A stretch of DNA of 64,000 bases from an uncultured Acidobacteriota bacterium (GCA_963805975.1 CAWDVR010000005.1:1-64000); one strand, 5' to 3'. Numbered from the stretch's first letter, positions 15,009-25,390 are shown. The notes: generated from the letters alone by a model not told the origin. Made by a program: numbers and translations.

Positions 15009-15890
15009 TCAGTGCGCCGCCGCCTCCCCGTGGTGGTCGCCGGCGTGGTCGTCGTGATGCACGTTGATCGACATCCCGATGAACAGCGTGGTCAGGAAGG
15101 TGAAGATGAAGGCTTGCAGGAAGGCGACGAGGAGCTCGAGGCAGGTGAGCGCGATGGAGGCGAGAACCACCGGGATCGCCACCAGGCCGCCCGCCAGCGC
15201 GCTCGAGGCGCCGGCACTCAAGATGAAGGACAAGAGCACCGCGAGCACCAGGTGGCCGGCCACCATGTTGGCGAAGAGTCGGAGCGTCAGGGCGACGATC
15301 TTGGCCGGCAGCGAGATGAAGACCTCGATCGGCACCAGGAGCGGCGCCATGTACCAGGGGCCGGGGTTGAAGTGCTTGATGTAATCCATCCCGCCCAGGC
15401 GCAGGCCGTTCACCACCATCAGCACCATGGTCATGATCGCCAGTGTGGCGGTGACCCAGATGTTGGCTGTGGCCGTGCCGCCCAGGTGGACGCCGAAGAG
15501 GGCGGAGACCGCCGGGATCGGCAGCATGCCGAGCAGGTTCACGGTCAGGATGAAGAAGAAGAGGCTCCAGATGAACTTGATGAAGCGGTCGGTGTGCTTT
15601 CCCAGGACGGGCTCGGCGACGGTCTGACGGAGGTATTGGCAGATCACCTCGACCACGTGGCCAAAACCGGTCGGTACCAGCCGCTCCACCGCATCCTTGC
15701 TCTGGCGCCGGCGCAGCGACCAGGGTAGAACCAGGATCAGCAGCAGGCCCGCCAGGAGCAGCATCGAGATATGGTCGGAAAAGACCGTGATCTCGCCGTT
15801 CGGCGTCAGCAGGCCGAAGTCGGCGGGACGGGTCACGATGGGGTGCTGCACCACGTGCCCGACGGGATCGTCTGTGCCCGCTGCCATCAC
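15009..15890 (-). CDS. atpB: ATP synthase F0 subunit a
   Basis: Motifs NLLGMLP, LRLFANMVAGH and ELLVAFLQAFIFTFL. Confidence 0.97.
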   Translation of the reverse strand: MMAAGTDDPVGHVVQHPIVTRPADFGLLTPNGEITVFSDHISMLLLAGLLLILVLPWSLRRRQSKDAVERLVPTGFGHVVEVICQYLRQTVAEPVLGKHTDRFIKFIWSLFFFILTVNLLGMLPIPAVSALFGVHLGGTATANIWVTATLAIMTMVLMVVNGLRLGGMDYIKHFNPGPWYMAPLLVPIEVFISLPAKIVALTLRLFANMVAGHLVLAVLLSFILSAGASSALAGGLVAIPVVLASIALTCLELLVAFLQAFIFTFLTTLFIGMSINVHHDDHAGDHHGEAAAH

Positions 15891-16300
15891 TTCTCCGTAG
15901 CGCGCCCGTCCCGCAAGACGGCGAGCGCAAAGTACGTGTCCAAGGCGAGCAGCGCGAGATAGCTCACCGCCAGCCAGAAGAGGAGCGGCCGAACGAGAAA
16001 CCGTCCGCTCGCGAAAGCCGACCCGCCCAAGGCGACGGCCAGAAAGAGCCGCAACCCGATCGCCGCCAGCGCCATGCTCGCCCGGCGGTCGGGCGCGGTG
16101 CCCGGACCCGCGGCCAGGAGCGGCAGCGCTCCCAGGGCAGAAGCCACGGCGCTCACCGCGATCCCGGCGAGCATCGCCGCCGCCTCAGCCCCATCCGACC
16201 TCGTGGCCCACCCCAGCGCACCGAGCGCCAGACTGACCGCGGCGGCAGCCAGGAGGAACCGCAGGTACCGGTTCCCCGCGGCCGGCCCGGGGACGTTCAT
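15887..16300 (-). CDS. ATP synthase protein I-like membrane protein
   Basis: Four hydrophobic segments; ATGA overlaps with its neighbours in the atp operon. Confidence 0.6.
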   Translation of the reverse strand: MNVPGPAAGNRYLRFLLAAAAVSLALGALGWATRSDGAEAAAMLAGIAVSAVASALGALPLLAAGPGTAPDRRASMALAAIGLRLFLAVALGGSAFASGRFLVRPLLFWLAVSYLALLALDTYFALAVLRDGRATEK

Positions 16301-16575
16301 GGCTCTTCGCCAGGGCCGTCCTGCTCGGTCGGGGCGCCGGGCGCCTCGACCTTTCCAGCAGACTCGCGATATTCCCGAATCGACGAGCGGAGGAAGTTGT
16401 ACATGCCGCCGACGAGCCCCAGGGCAAAACAGCTCAGGATGCCCCAGGGGTCGGTCTTGTAGTAGCGATCTATCCAGTAGCCCAGAAGGCTGAATCCGCC
16501 GACTGCCGCCGCCAGCTCGATGCCCAGCGAGTACCAGCGAGCCCACTTCGATGGAGAGTTCGACTCGCTCGGCAT
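16297..16575 (-). CDS. AtpZ/AtpI family protein
   Basis: GIELAA..G.FSLLGYWIDRYYKTDPWG pattern; first gene of the atp operon. Confidence 0.85.
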   Translation of the reverse strand: MPSESNSPSKWARWYSLGIELAAAVGGFSLLGYWIDRYYKTDPWGILSCFALGLVGGMYNFLRSSIREYRESAGKVEAPGAPTEQDGPGEEP

Positions 16576-16601
16576 CACCGGCCCGCTCGTGAAGCGGCGC
16601 G

Positions 16602-16631
16602 ATTGTACAACTTCGGCACAAGCGGTTTCAA
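16602..16631 (-). promoter_or_regulatory. Putative sigma70 promoter of the atp operon
   Basis: TTGAAA-18 nt-TACAAT on the minus strand upstream of the atpZ-like gene. Confidence 0.55.
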
Positions 16632-16780
16632 GGCAAGGGCGCACCCTTGGGGCCGAAGAGTCCCACATGCGGCAGGTCGCCGCATTTTAGATGAGCCTGC
16701 CCATACTGGATGATCTCTAGGCCCCCGGACGCCAGGAGCTGGACCCTGCTCGCGGTTCGGACTTCCGGAAGGAGGAGGAG

Positions 16781-18601
16781 ATGAGCACTCGCCGTTCCTC
16801 TCGCTGCTCTCGGTTCGCTTTCGCCGTCGGCCTCCTCGCGATGGCTCTCGTGCTCGAGACGGGCGCCGCACCGCCGGCCGCCGCCCAGGTGGGTGTTGGC
16901 CCATCGCTTCCGCCACCACCACCTCCGCCGCCTCCTCCCGGGGAAGACTGTGAGGCAGGAGGAGGAGGTTGGGCTGCCGCCGGGAACTGCCCCTCCTGGG
17001 GAGGATGGGTCAAGACCATGCCGGGGACCGTCTGCACGATGAACGTCGGCAACGGGGCTGCCTTCACCGGCTACACCAACAAGATCCGCAACTGTAGCGA
17101 GGCGAGCGACCGGGCCCAGGGCATCGCCGGCGACTCGTGCGACGTGATCAACATCATCGAGCTCAACACCGAGCTCCAGTGCGGCTGCGCCTGTGACCCG
17201 GCCAACGCCTGCGACCTGTGGGACCTCACCGGTCTCAAGTGCCTGCGCGACAAGCCCGGCCGCCCCGGCCACTGCATTCCGCAGGGCTACTACGAGCCGG
17301 ACCGCTGTGACCTCTGCAAAGGGTGCGGCAAGGGCAAGTCGATCGGTTGCCAGACGCAGGCGGAAGAGATCTGCGACCCCAACCACTACGACATCGTCTG
17401 CACCGAGGAACCCACCTTGGGCTGCGACTGCACCTGCGTCAAGAGAGGTCCGTGCTCGGTGGGCGCCGGTAGCTGCACTCCTCCCGCGGTCTTCCGCTCG
17501 CCTCCGGGCATGGGCTGCGACGCAGGCAACTACGCCACCTGTCGGAAATGCGACTTCGACGGCGACGGCAGCTACGACTACGGCACCTGCACGGCCCACC
17601 CGCCGCACTGCAACTCCGCGAGCGACGACCGGTACCGCCAGACCTGCCTGCGCACATGCAGCACGCCGATCATGGAAAAGGCCGCCCAGTTCCTCGCCGA
17701 CGCGCGCATCCGGGTGATCTCCGGCGACATGAACTGCGATCCCGACGAGTGCGGCATCCTGTTCGGCACCTGCCCGTGGATCTCTCTGATGGGGAGCTAC
17801 GGCCTCGAGGTGTGCGAGACCACCGGGCCGACGACCGGCTTCAACTGCACGGTGGACTTCGTGCTTTCGAACGCCTGCGGCTGTGGCAAGCAGACCTCCC
17901 GGCAACCGTCGCCCGGCGATCACGACACCATTGTCTTCACACCTCAGCCCGTGGCCTGGAACGGGCCGATCATCGAGATCCTCGACGCCGAGAGCGCCAC
18001 GAGCTGCCCGGACCCCGATCAGCACGACCTCACTTCGGATTTCCTGGGCGGCTTCGCGAGCTGCCCCGCTCTGGCGAACGGCCAGCCGGTTCCGGCGTGC
18101 TCCTCCTGGGGCCACACCTACGACGCCAAGCTCCGTTACGAGAGCCCGGTGGACGAGTGCTTCCTGGAGCCCGAGAACCCCTCGCAGGTTCCGGTCCTGG
18201 TCTGCGACGTGGCGACCGCCACTGCCTGGGCCCGGTGCTCTCCCGGCGCCTCCTCCGGCGCCAGCTCGTTCGTCAGCGTGGGCAAGGCGGAGGCCTCTCA
18301 GGGCGCCACCTGCGTCGACGGCGTGCCTTACAACCCGCCGGCAGACGTCGACAGCAAACCCGAGATCGTGATGCCCACCCTCTTCGAGCGCGGTGGCAAC
18401 CTGTTCTTCGAGGTGGAACGCGACGCCACCCGTGACCGCGGCGGCGAGTGCAACGCCCCGCTTCCGTCCGGACCGTGCATCGAGCCGATCGGGCCGGCAC
18501 TGCCGGGCGCCGACGGCGGCTCGTCGAACGGAGACGGTCTCGCCTTCGACAAGCAGGCGGAAATCTGTGCGGTACCGCCGGACGAGCCGATAGACGAGTA
18601 A
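16781..18601 (+). CDS. Secreted cysteine-rich hypothetical protein
   Basis: GGAGGAGGAG RBS, signal peptide, poly-Pro linker, 47 Cys by manual count and strong GC3 codon bias. Confidence 0.85.
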   Translation: MSTRRSSRCSRFAFAVGLLAMALVLETGAAPPAAAQVGVGPSLPPPPPPPPPPGEDCEAGGGGWAAAGNCPSWGGWVKTMPGTVCTMNVGNGAAFTGYTNKIRNCSEASDRAQGIAGDSCDVINIIELNTELQCGCACDPANACDLWDLTGLKCLRDKPGRPGHCIPQGYYEPDRCDLCKGCGKGKSIGCQTQAEEICDPNHYDIVCTEEPTLGCDCTCVKRGPCSVGAGSCTPPAVFRSPPGMGCDAGNYATCRKCDFDGDGSYDYGTCTAHPPHCNSASDDRYRQTCLRTCSTPIMEKAAQFLADARIRVISGDMNCDPDECGILFGTCPWISLMGSYGLEVCETTGPTTGFNCTVDFVLSNACGCGKQTSRQPSPGDHDTIVFTPQPVAWNGPIIEILDAESATSCPDPDQHDLTSDFLGGFASCPALANGQPVPACSSWGHTYDAKLRYESPVDECFLEPENPSQVPVLVCDVATATAWARCSPGASSGASSFVSVGKAEASQGATCVDGVPYNPPADVDSKPEIVMPTLFERGGNLFFEVERDATRDRGGECNAPLPSGPCIEPIGPALPGADGGSSNGDGLAFDKQAEICAVPPDEPIDE

Positions 18602-18628
18602 GGCAGGGCCGAGCCCCCCTCGCGGGGG

Positions 18629-18823
18629 CTAGCGCGGAGGCTGGGACGTGGAGGCGGGCGCTTCCTCGAGCGCCTCCGCGCCCGGCGAGGGGACCGGGTG
18701 CTCGGCGGTGATCTCGATCGGCAGGTTGGCTCCTTCCCGAGAGCCGCCCTGCCCGCGGCAGCCGAGCGTGAGCACGGCCAGGAGGCCGACCGCGGCAAAG
18801 CCTCTCCGGGACCGCTCAGTCAC
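18629..18823 (-). CDS. Small putative lipoprotein
   Basis: Basic N-terminus, hydrophobic core and LTLGC lipobox; overlaps the end of the Rrf2 gene. Confidence 0.45.
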   Translation of the reverse strand: MTERSRRGFAAVGLLAVLTLGCRGQGGSREGANLPIEITAEHPVPSPGAEALEEAPASTSQPPR

Positions 18824-19298
18824 GGATCACCGGCAGGCAGGTGTGGCCGGTCTGGAAGGGCACCTGCAGATCCTCGCGCAGGATGTGCTGCTGGCGGGCG
18901 GCGAGGTCGGCGAGCGAGGTGCCGGTCAGGATGGTGTCGACCGCCTCCTTGACCTGGAGGAAAACCTCGCGGATGGCGCAGTGCTCGGTGCCGATGTGGA
19001 TCGAGCAGGGGAGCGCGAGGATCTGGTCGATCGAGGTGGTCTGGCCCTCGAGCGTGATCAGGATGTCGCGGAGCGTGATCGCCTGGGCCGGGCGCGCCAG
19101 GCTGTGGCCACCCTGGGGGCCGCGGTTGGACTGGATCAGGTGGTCCTTGGCGAGCAGCGCCAGGATCTGGCGCAGGTAGGGCTCGGGGATCGCCTGCTCG
19201 CGGGCGATCTCGTGGCTGGTCACCGGGTGCTCGCCGGCGGCCGTCGCGATGTAGAGCATCGCCCGAATGCCGTACTCACCGCGCGTCGAGATCTTCAC
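18816..19298 (-). CDS. Rrf2 family transcriptional regulator
   Basis: MKISTRGEYGIRAM, IPEPYLRQIL and RGPQGGHSLAR. Confidence 0.95.
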   Translation of the reverse strand: MKISTRGEYGIRAMLYIATAAGEHPVTSHEIAREQAIPEPYLRQILALLAKDHLIQSNRGPQGGHSLARPAQAITLRDILITLEGQTTSIDQILALPCSIHIGTEHCAIREVFLQVKEAVDTILTGTSLADLAARQQHILREDLQVPFQTGHTCLPVIRD

Positions 19299-19349
19299 CA
19301 GGGCCTCCTGCGGGCCATCTTACTGCACCGCATGGGAGCGTCTCCCCGC

Positions 19350-21551
19350 CTAGAAGTGAGGATAGGCGGCCGTCCCATCCCATCCTTCGGGCGGCGGCGA
19401 GGCGCGCAGCCGCCGGCAGCGCTCGGCGAAGTGGCGCGCCGGCGGATCCTCCCCCAGGTCTTCGAGGATCGAGGAGAAGAGCCGCTCGGCGCGCACGAAC
19501 TCGCGGTTGCGGAAGGCGGCGAGCGCCGCCTCGTAGCGCACCACCCGCTGGCGGTCGCCGGGCGATGCGGGGCTCGCGGCCACCAGCTCGTAGATGGTTG
19601 CCGGCGCGGCCTGGCCCCGCAGGCGCACGCGGTCGAGCTCGCGCACCACGACCTGGTCCCCCGCCAGGCTCGCGGTCGCCTCGTCGAGCACGACCTGGGT
19701 GCCGTAGATGCGCCCGAGCCGCGCCAGGCGGGGCGCGAGGCTGGCGGCGGCGCCCACCGCCGAGTAGAGCGGGCGGCCGTGCGGAGCGAGCACGCCGACC
19801 GTCATCTCACCCGAGGCGATGCCGATCTCGAGGGCCGGCTGCAGGCTGCCGAGCGGCACCTCGCGCGCCGCCGCCAGGACGGCCTTGAGCTTCGGGATCT
19901 CGGCCCGCAGCGCCACGGCGGCGCGGCAGGCGCGGGCCGCCGGCTCGGCGAGCGGCAGCGGCGCACCGAACACCGCCTTGAGTGCGTCCGCGCCGGCGCT
20001 CTCGAGGCCGCCGCCGGCGCCCAGGACCGCCGCCGAGAGCGGGGCGAGCGCCCGCTGGAGCGCGGCCTCGAACGCCTCCGGTGCCAGCCGGTCGGCAAGC
20101 TCGGCAAGGCCGGAGATCTCGACCGCGAGCACCGTCGCCCGCCGGCGCTCGGTGGCAAGGGCGGCCTCCGGGTTCAAGGCCAGCGCCTCGACCGCCGCGT
20201 CCGGCACGGTGCCTGAAAGCAGGGACTCGAGCTCGCGCCGGCGCTGGCGGCGCCGGCTTCCGGTGACGCCGAAGACCGCCAGCGCCGCCCCGGTGGCGGC
20301 GAGCAGGGGGCTGGCGAGCGGCAGGTGCCAGGAGGACGTGGCGAGCGCCGAGTACGAGGCCACCGGCCAGAGGAGGACCAGCCCGGCCACCGCCAGGGCA
20401 GCGCCAAGCCGGGGCCTCGAGAACGCGGCGATGCCGGCGGCGAGGAGCCCCCAGGCCAAGGTCGCGAGCCAGCCCACGGCCGCCACCATGCCGCCGGCGC
20501 GCACCGCGGAGCGTGCCAGGAGGTTGCCGGCAGCCGTGGCCTCGAGCAGCAGGCGAGAGCCTGTGGGGTCGAACGGGGTCGAACGCGCCATAGCCTCCTC
20601 CAGGAGTCCGACGAAGACGAGCCGGTCGTTCAGCCGCTCGGCCCCCACGCGGCCGGCCAGCACGTCGGCCGCCGCCGCCCACGACGGAGGCCGGTGCAAG
20701 TCGAGCGTCAGCCGGCCCTGGGTGTCGATCGGCACCGGCTCGCCGCTCAATCGCAGCCGCGGCCATCGTGCCCTCGTGCCCTCGCCCCGGCCCGGCGCCG
20801 AGAGCCGGGCCGGCTGCCCCTCGTAGGCGGACGCCGCGGCGAGCGCCAGGCGAGGCAGCACCGCCCGGCCGTCGCTCGCCAGGAGCGGCAGGCGGCGCCC
20901 GCCCGCGGCGGCGACGGGGGCGAACCCCTCGGCCTCGGCGGCAGCGCGGAAGAGCTCGAGGTTGGGCTTCGCCCCGCTCCAGCGGGGCACGGAGAAGCGG
21001 CTGCCGGCGCTGCTCTCGATCTCCAGCACGGGCGCGATCTTGGCAGCCGCCGGCACCGGCCCGGCCTTGGGCGCCGGACCGGGCTCGGTGCTCGCTGCCA
21101 TCTGCCCGGGAAGCGCGAGCACCACGTTGCCGGCGTCGGCGATGGCGGCGGCCAGGGCCTCGTCCTCCCAGGCGCGGTCGACCTCGGGGCCCGGCGGCGT
21201 GGGCAACGCGAGATCCAGGTCGAGCACGATCACCCGCGCCCCACCGCGGGCGAGGCGCTCGACCAGGCTCGCGAGGTCCGCGCGGGACCAGGAGGGCAGG
21301 CTGCCCCCGGCTCGCTCGATGCCGCAGACGAGCACCGTGGGGTCCGGCTCGCCGCTGCCTCGGAACCGGGTCATGACCTCGAGCGCAGCCGCCTCCACGG
21401 CAGCGAAAGCGCCGAGAATCTGCAGCGCGACGACGGCCAGCGCCACCGCGGCGCCGATCCCCAGGACCCCGGCTTTGGTCAACGCCCGCACCGACCCGGC
21501 AGGCCTTCCTGCCGGCGCCGGGGCACGGCGGATCGGGGCGGCACGCTCCAC
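19350..21551 (-). CDS. CHASE2 domain adenylate/guanylate cyclase-like protein (degenerate active site)
   Basis: CHASE2 (WSRADLA.LV..L...GARVIVLD), three TM helices, a class III cyclase domain (VFGAP, IGIASG, RELDRVRLRG) and a PP..WDG tail. Confidence 0.85.
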   Translation of the reverse strand: MERAAPIRRAPAPAGRPAGSVRALTKAGVLGIGAAVALAVVALQILGAFAAVEAAALEVMTRFRGSGEPDPTVLVCGIERAGGSLPSWSRADLASLVERLARGGARVIVLDLDLALPTPPGPEVDRAWEDEALAAAIADAGNVVLALPGQMAASTEPGPAPKAGPVPAAAKIAPVLEIESSAGSRFSVPRWSGAKPNLELFRAAAEAEGFAPVAAAGGRRLPLLASDGRAVLPRLALAAASAYEGQPARLSAPGRGEGTRARWPRLRLSGEPVPIDTQGRLTLDLHRPPSWAAAADVLAGRVGAERLNDRLVFVGLLEEAMARSTPFDPTGSRLLLEATAAGNLLARSAVRAGGMVAAVGWLATLAWGLLAAGIAAFSRPRLGAALAVAGLVLLWPVASYSALATSSWHLPLASPLLAATGAALAVFGVTGSRRRQRRRELESLLSGTVPDAAVEALALNPEAALATERRRATVLAVEISGLAELADRLAPEAFEAALQRALAPLSAAVLGAGGGLESAGADALKAVFGAPLPLAEPAARACRAAVALRAEIPKLKAVLAAAREVPLGSLQPALEIGIASGEMTVGVLAPHGRPLYSAVGAAASLAPRLARLGRIYGTQVVLDEATASLAGDQVVVRELDRVRLRGQAAPATIYELVAASPASPGDRQRVVRYEAALAAFRNREFVRAERLFSSILEDLGEDPPARHFAERCRRLRASPPPEGWDGTAAYPHF

Positions 21552-21711
21552 GGAGGGCTCGATGGGGTCGCTTTCCGAGGCTCGATTTCGGGGCTTGAAG
21601 CGTTCGTCGGCGCTCTAGTCTACCCGGCGCGCGGTTGAAAGCGGGGCGGGGCATTTGGTACTCTAGGTTCGTTTCACCGGCCGCTCCGGCCGGTTCTCCG
21701 TAGTTCTCTAC

Positions 21712-21787
21712 GGCGCATTCGTCTAGGGGTCTAGGACGTCGCCCTCTCACGGCGGTAACACGGGTTCGAATCCCGTATGCGCTACCA
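21712..21787 (+). tRNA. tRNA-Glu (anticodon CTC)
   Basis: GGCGCATTCGTCTAGGGGTCTAGGACGTCGCCCTCTCACGGCGGTAACACGGGTTCGAATCCCGTATGCGCTACCA forms a cloverleaf; TTGAAA-18-TACTCT lies upstream. Confidence 0.97.
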
Positions 21788-21833
21788 GCCCTCCATCCGC
21801 TGCCTCACCGCCTGATCCCGCCGGGAGGGAACC

Positions 21834-22289
21834 ATGAAGCTGACCGTCAACGGTACTCAGCACGAGGTGGAGGCGCCGGCCGAGATGCCGCTGCTGTGGG
21901 TCCTCCGCGACCTGCTCGGCCTGACCGGCACCAAGTTCGGCTGTGGCATGGCGCAGTGCGGCGCCTGCACGGTGCACCTCGACGGCAAGCCGCTGCGCTC
22001 CTGCGTCCTTCCCGTGGCGGCAGCGGCGGGCAAGTCGATCACCACTATCGAAGGCCTGTCGACGGACGGCAGCCACCCGGTGCAACGCGCCTGGGCCGAG
22101 CTCGACGTGGTGCAGTGCGGCTACTGCCAGCCCGGCCAGATCATGTCGGCCGCGGCGCTCCTGGCCGCGAAGCCGGAGCCCAGCGACCACGACATCGACG
22201 CGGCGCTCTCCGGGAACATCTGCCGCTGCGGCACCTACCAGCGCATCCGCGGCGCGGTGCACCGTGCCGCCGAGCTGGCGAAAGCCTGA
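21834..22289 (+). CDS. iorA: (2Fe-2S)-binding subunit, isoquinoline 1-oxidoreductase alpha-like
   Basis: Motifs [25 protein letters not shown] and GNICRCGTY. Confidence 0.92.
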   Translation: MKLTVNGTQHEVEAPAEMPLLWVLRDLLGLTGTKFGCGMAQCGACTVHLDGKPLRSCVLPVAAAAGKSITTIEGLSTDGSHPVQRAWAELDVVQCGYCQPGQIMSAAALLAAKPEPSDHDIDAALSGNICRCGTYQRIRGAVHRAAELAKA

Positions 22290-22317
22290 TCCACCGCGGA
22301 ACGATAGCCGTGATGAA

Positions 22318-22402
22318 GCTTGCCTTTTCAGTGCCCTGGTCCGGTGCTCGACGCCCCCTGCGGGTAACGCTGCGCTCCTCCCAGGGCACTGAAAAGGCAA
22401 GC
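22318..22402. repeat. Hairpin repeat element, copy 1 (22-bp perfect inverted arms, 41-nt core)
   Basis: Arms GCTTGCCTTTTCAGTGCCCTGG and CCAGGGCACTGAAAAGGCAAGC; the core matches 57511-57551 in inverted orientation. Confidence 0.85.
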
Positions 22403-22431
22403 GAGAGCCACGCTCGAACGGAGGCTTCCCG

Positions 22432-24618
22432 ATGAGCGCCGCGACCCCCGACAGCTCGGCGACGAGCCCCTCCCGCCGCGACTTCCTCAAGATCGGCGCG
22501 CTCGCCACCGGCGGCCTGGTGATCGCTTTCACCGTGCCCCGCGCCAAGCGCGTCACCGCCGCACAGCAGGCTTCGGCCGGCGCCTCGAGCCCGGAACCGT
22601 TCGCCCCCAACGCCTTCCTGCGCATCGGCCGAGACGACAGCGTCACCGTGCTGATCGCGCACTCGGAGATGGGCCAGGGCATCTGGACCGCACTGCCGAT
22701 GCTGGTCGCCGAGGAGCTGGACGCAGACTGGACCGACGTCCGGGTCGAGCATGCGCCGGCAGCCCCCGAGTACCGGCACACCGTCTTCAGCATGCAGATG
22801 ACCGGCGGCTCCTCGACCACCTGGTCCGAGTTCGAGCGCTACCGCCAGGCAGGGGCCACCGCCCGGGCGTTGCTGGTGGCGGCGGCGGCGGATCGCTTCG
22901 GGGTCGCGCCCGCCGACTGCCGCACCGAGAACGGCGCGGTGATCGCCGGCGAGAAGCGCGCCCCCTACGGCGAGCTGGTGGACGACGCGGCCAGGCTGCC
23001 GGCACCCAAGACGGTGGCGCTCAAGGAGGCGAAGGACTGGAAGCTCATCGGCCGGCCGACCCTGCGGTTGGACACCCCGGAGAAGATCACCGGCCGTGCC
23101 CAGTTCGGCATGGACGTGCGGTTCGACGGCCTGCTCACCGCCGTGGTGGCCCGTGCGCCGGTGTTCGGCGGCTCCGTCCGGTCGTTCGACGCCGGCCGCG
23201 CCAAGGCGGTGCCGGGCGTCCGCGACGTGGTCGCGGTGCCGAGCGGCGTGGCGGTGGTGGCCGAGCACTTCTGGGCTGCCAAGCTGGGCCGCGACGCGCT
23301 CGAGATCGACTGGGACCTCGGCCCCAACGCGGCTCTCGACAGCGCCGCCCTGCGGGAGGAGCTCCGCGGCCTGGCAGCGACCGCGGGCACGGTGGCGGCC
23401 CAGGCCGGCGACGCCGGCGGCGCGCTGGCCAAAGCGGCGAAGACGGTGGCGGCCGAGTACGCCGTGCCCTACCTGGCGCACGCGCCCATGGAGCCGCTCA
23501 ACTGCACGGTGCGGATCGGACCGGACCAGTGCGAGATCTGGACCGGCACCCAGTTCCAGACGCTCGACCAGATGGTCGCGGCCGAGATCACCGGGCTGCG
23601 GCCGGAGCAGGTGGAGATCCACACCACCTTCCTGGGCGGCGGCTTCGGCCGCCGCGCCACCCCGACCTCGGACTTCGTGCGCGAGGCCGTGCACGTGGCC
23701 AAGGCCGCCGGCCAGCCGGTCAAGACCGTGTGGACGCGGGAGGACGACGTGCGCGGCGGCTATTTCCGGCCGGCCTTCCTGCACCGCGCCCGCATCGGTC
23801 TCGGCGCCGACGGCATGCCGGTGGCCTGGCAGCACACCCTGGCTGGCCAGTCGATCGTCGCCGGGAGCCCCTTCGAGGCGGCGATGGTGAAGAACGGCAT
23901 CGACGCCACCTCGGTCGAAGGGGTGGCCGATTCGCCCTATTTGACGGAGGTTCCGGACCACCGCATCGAGCTGCACTCGCCCCGCACCGGCATCCCGGTG
24001 CTCTGGTGGCGGTCGGTTGGCCACAGCCACACCGCCTTCGTGATGGAGAGCCTGATCGACGAGCTGGCCCATGCTGCGGGCAAGGACCCGGTCGCGTACC
24101 GCCGCGTGCTGCTCAAGGACCATGCGCGCCACCTGGGCGTGCTCGACCTGGCGGCCGAGAAGGCGGGCTGGGGAGGGCCGCTGCCCGCCGGCCGCGCGCG
24201 CGGCGTCGCGGTGCACGAGTCCTTCGGCAGCTTCGTGGCGCAGGTGGCCGAGGTGTCGGCCGAGAACGGGCAGATCCGCGTGCACCGCGTGGTCTGCGCC
24301 GTGGACTGCGGCGTCGTGGTCAACCCCGCCAGCGTGCGCGCCCAGGTCGAGTCCGGCATCGCCTTCGGCCTGGGGGCGGCGCTCTACAGCTCGTTGAGCT
24401 TCAAGGACGGGCGCGTCCAGGAATCGAACTTCCACGACTACCGCGTGCTGCGCATGAACGAGATGCCGGTGGTCGAGGCCCACATCGTGGCGAGCACCGA
24501 GCGCCCCGGCGGCATTGGCGAGCCCGGCACGCCACCGATCGCGCCGGCGGTGGCCAACGCCGTGTTCGCGCTGACCGGCGAGCGGCTGCGCTCGCTGCCG
24601 CTCGAGCTCTCGACCTGA
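22432..24618 (+). CDS. iorB: Molybdopterin-binding subunit, isoquinoline 1-oxidoreductase beta-like (Tat signal)
   Basis: SRRDFLK Tat motif; SEMGQG, TGGS, HAPMEP, GGGFGRR and GIGEP. Confidence 0.92.
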   Translation: MSAATPDSSATSPSRRDFLKIGALATGGLVIAFTVPRAKRVTAAQQASAGASSPEPFAPNAFLRIGRDDSVTVLIAHSEMGQGIWTALPMLVAEELDADWTDVRVEHAPAAPEYRHTVFSMQMTGGSSTTWSEFERYRQAGATARALLVAAAADRFGVAPADCRTENGAVIAGEKRAPYGELVDDAARLPAPKTVALKEAKDWKLIGRPTLRLDTPEKITGRAQFGMDVRFDGLLTAVVARAPVFGGSVRSFDAGRAKAVPGVRDVVAVPSGVAVVAEHFWAAKLGRDALEIDWDLGPNAALDSAALREELRGLAATAGTVAAQAGDAGGALAKAAKTVAAEYAVPYLAHAPMEPLNCTVRIGPDQCEIWTGTQFQTLDQMVAAEITGLRPEQVEIHTTFLGGGFGRRATPTSDFVREAVHVAKAAGQPVKTVWTREDDVRGGYFRPAFLHRARIGLGADGMPVAWQHTLAGQSIVAGSPFEAAMVKNGIDATSVEGVADSPYLTEVPDHRIELHSPRTGIPVLWWRSVGHSHTAFVMESLIDELAHAAGKDPVAYRRVLLKDHARHLGVLDLAAEKAGWGGPLPAGRARGVAVHESFGSFVAQVAEVSAENGQIRVHRVVCAVDCGVVVNPASVRAQVESGIAFGLGAALYSSLSFKDGRVQESNFHDYRVLRMNEMPVVEAHIVASTERPGGIGEPGTPPIAPAVANAVFALTGERLRSLPLELST

Positions 24619-24628
24619 GGAGACGGCC

Positions 24629-25219
24629 ATGCGTCGACACTTCGCACTGACGTTGCTCCTCGCGCTGCCCGTCGTCGCCTGCGGCCCGTCGGCCGCGGAG
24701 CGCGAGCAGGCCGTCGCCGCCTTCGCCACCGTGCAGCAGGTGTTCCAGCACCCGCGCTGCCAGAACTGCCACATCCCCGGCGACGCGCCGCTGCAGTTCG
24801 ACTCCGGGGTGACGCACGCCATGGCCGTGACGCGCGGCCCCGACGGCAAGGGTGCGCCCGGCCTGCCGTGCGCGACCTGCCACGGCGAGGCCAACCCGCC
24901 GGCGAGCTACGGCCCGCACGCGCCGCCCGGCGCGCCGCACTGGGCGTTGCCGCCGCCGGAGCACAAGATGGTGTTCATCGGCCTCTCGCCCGCGGCGCTC
25001 TGCGCGACGATCAAGGACGAGAAGGAGAACGGCGGCCGCGACCTCGACGCCCTGCTCGAGCACGTCAGCAAGGACAAGCTGGTGCTCTGGGGCTGGGACC
25101 CGGGCGGCGAGCGGGCGCCGGTTTCGGTGCCGCACCCGGAGTTCGTGGCCAAGTTCGAGCAGTGGGCCGCGGCCGGTGGGCCCTGCCCCGCGGAGCGGAT
25201 CGCGGACGCCGCGCGCTGA
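24629..25219 (+). CDS. Diheme cytochrome c lipoprotein associated with iorAB
   Basis: Two CxxCH motifs (CQNCH, CATCH), PPGAPHWAL and a VVAC lipobox. Confidence 0.85.
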   Translation: MRRHFALTLLLALPVVACGPSAAEREQAVAAFATVQQVFQHPRCQNCHIPGDAPLQFDSGVTHAMAVTRGPDGKGAPGLPCATCHGEANPPASYGPHAPPGAPHWALPPPEHKMVFIGLSPAALCATIKDEKENGGRDLDALLEHVSKDKLVLWGWDPGGERAPVSVPHPEFVAKFEQWAAAGGPCPAERIADAAR

Positions 25220-25390
25220 GGTTGCGCGCCGCCGGCGAGCGCAACTTCGGCCCCCGCAACGCGTAGGAAAGCTCCGAACGGAACCAAGGCGCCTCGACCC
25301 CCGCCCGAAGCGGTAGGATCGAGGCCCGCGGCCAGCCGATTGCGGGCCCGAGGCCCACGTTCCACCCAACTCGAACAGGAGATCCCGAAG

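Noticed and set aside
16781-18601. Multiheme cytochrome or RiPP precursor call for the Cys-rich protein
   Set aside because: It has no CxxCH motifs, is too large for a precursor, and has no modifying enzymes nearby.
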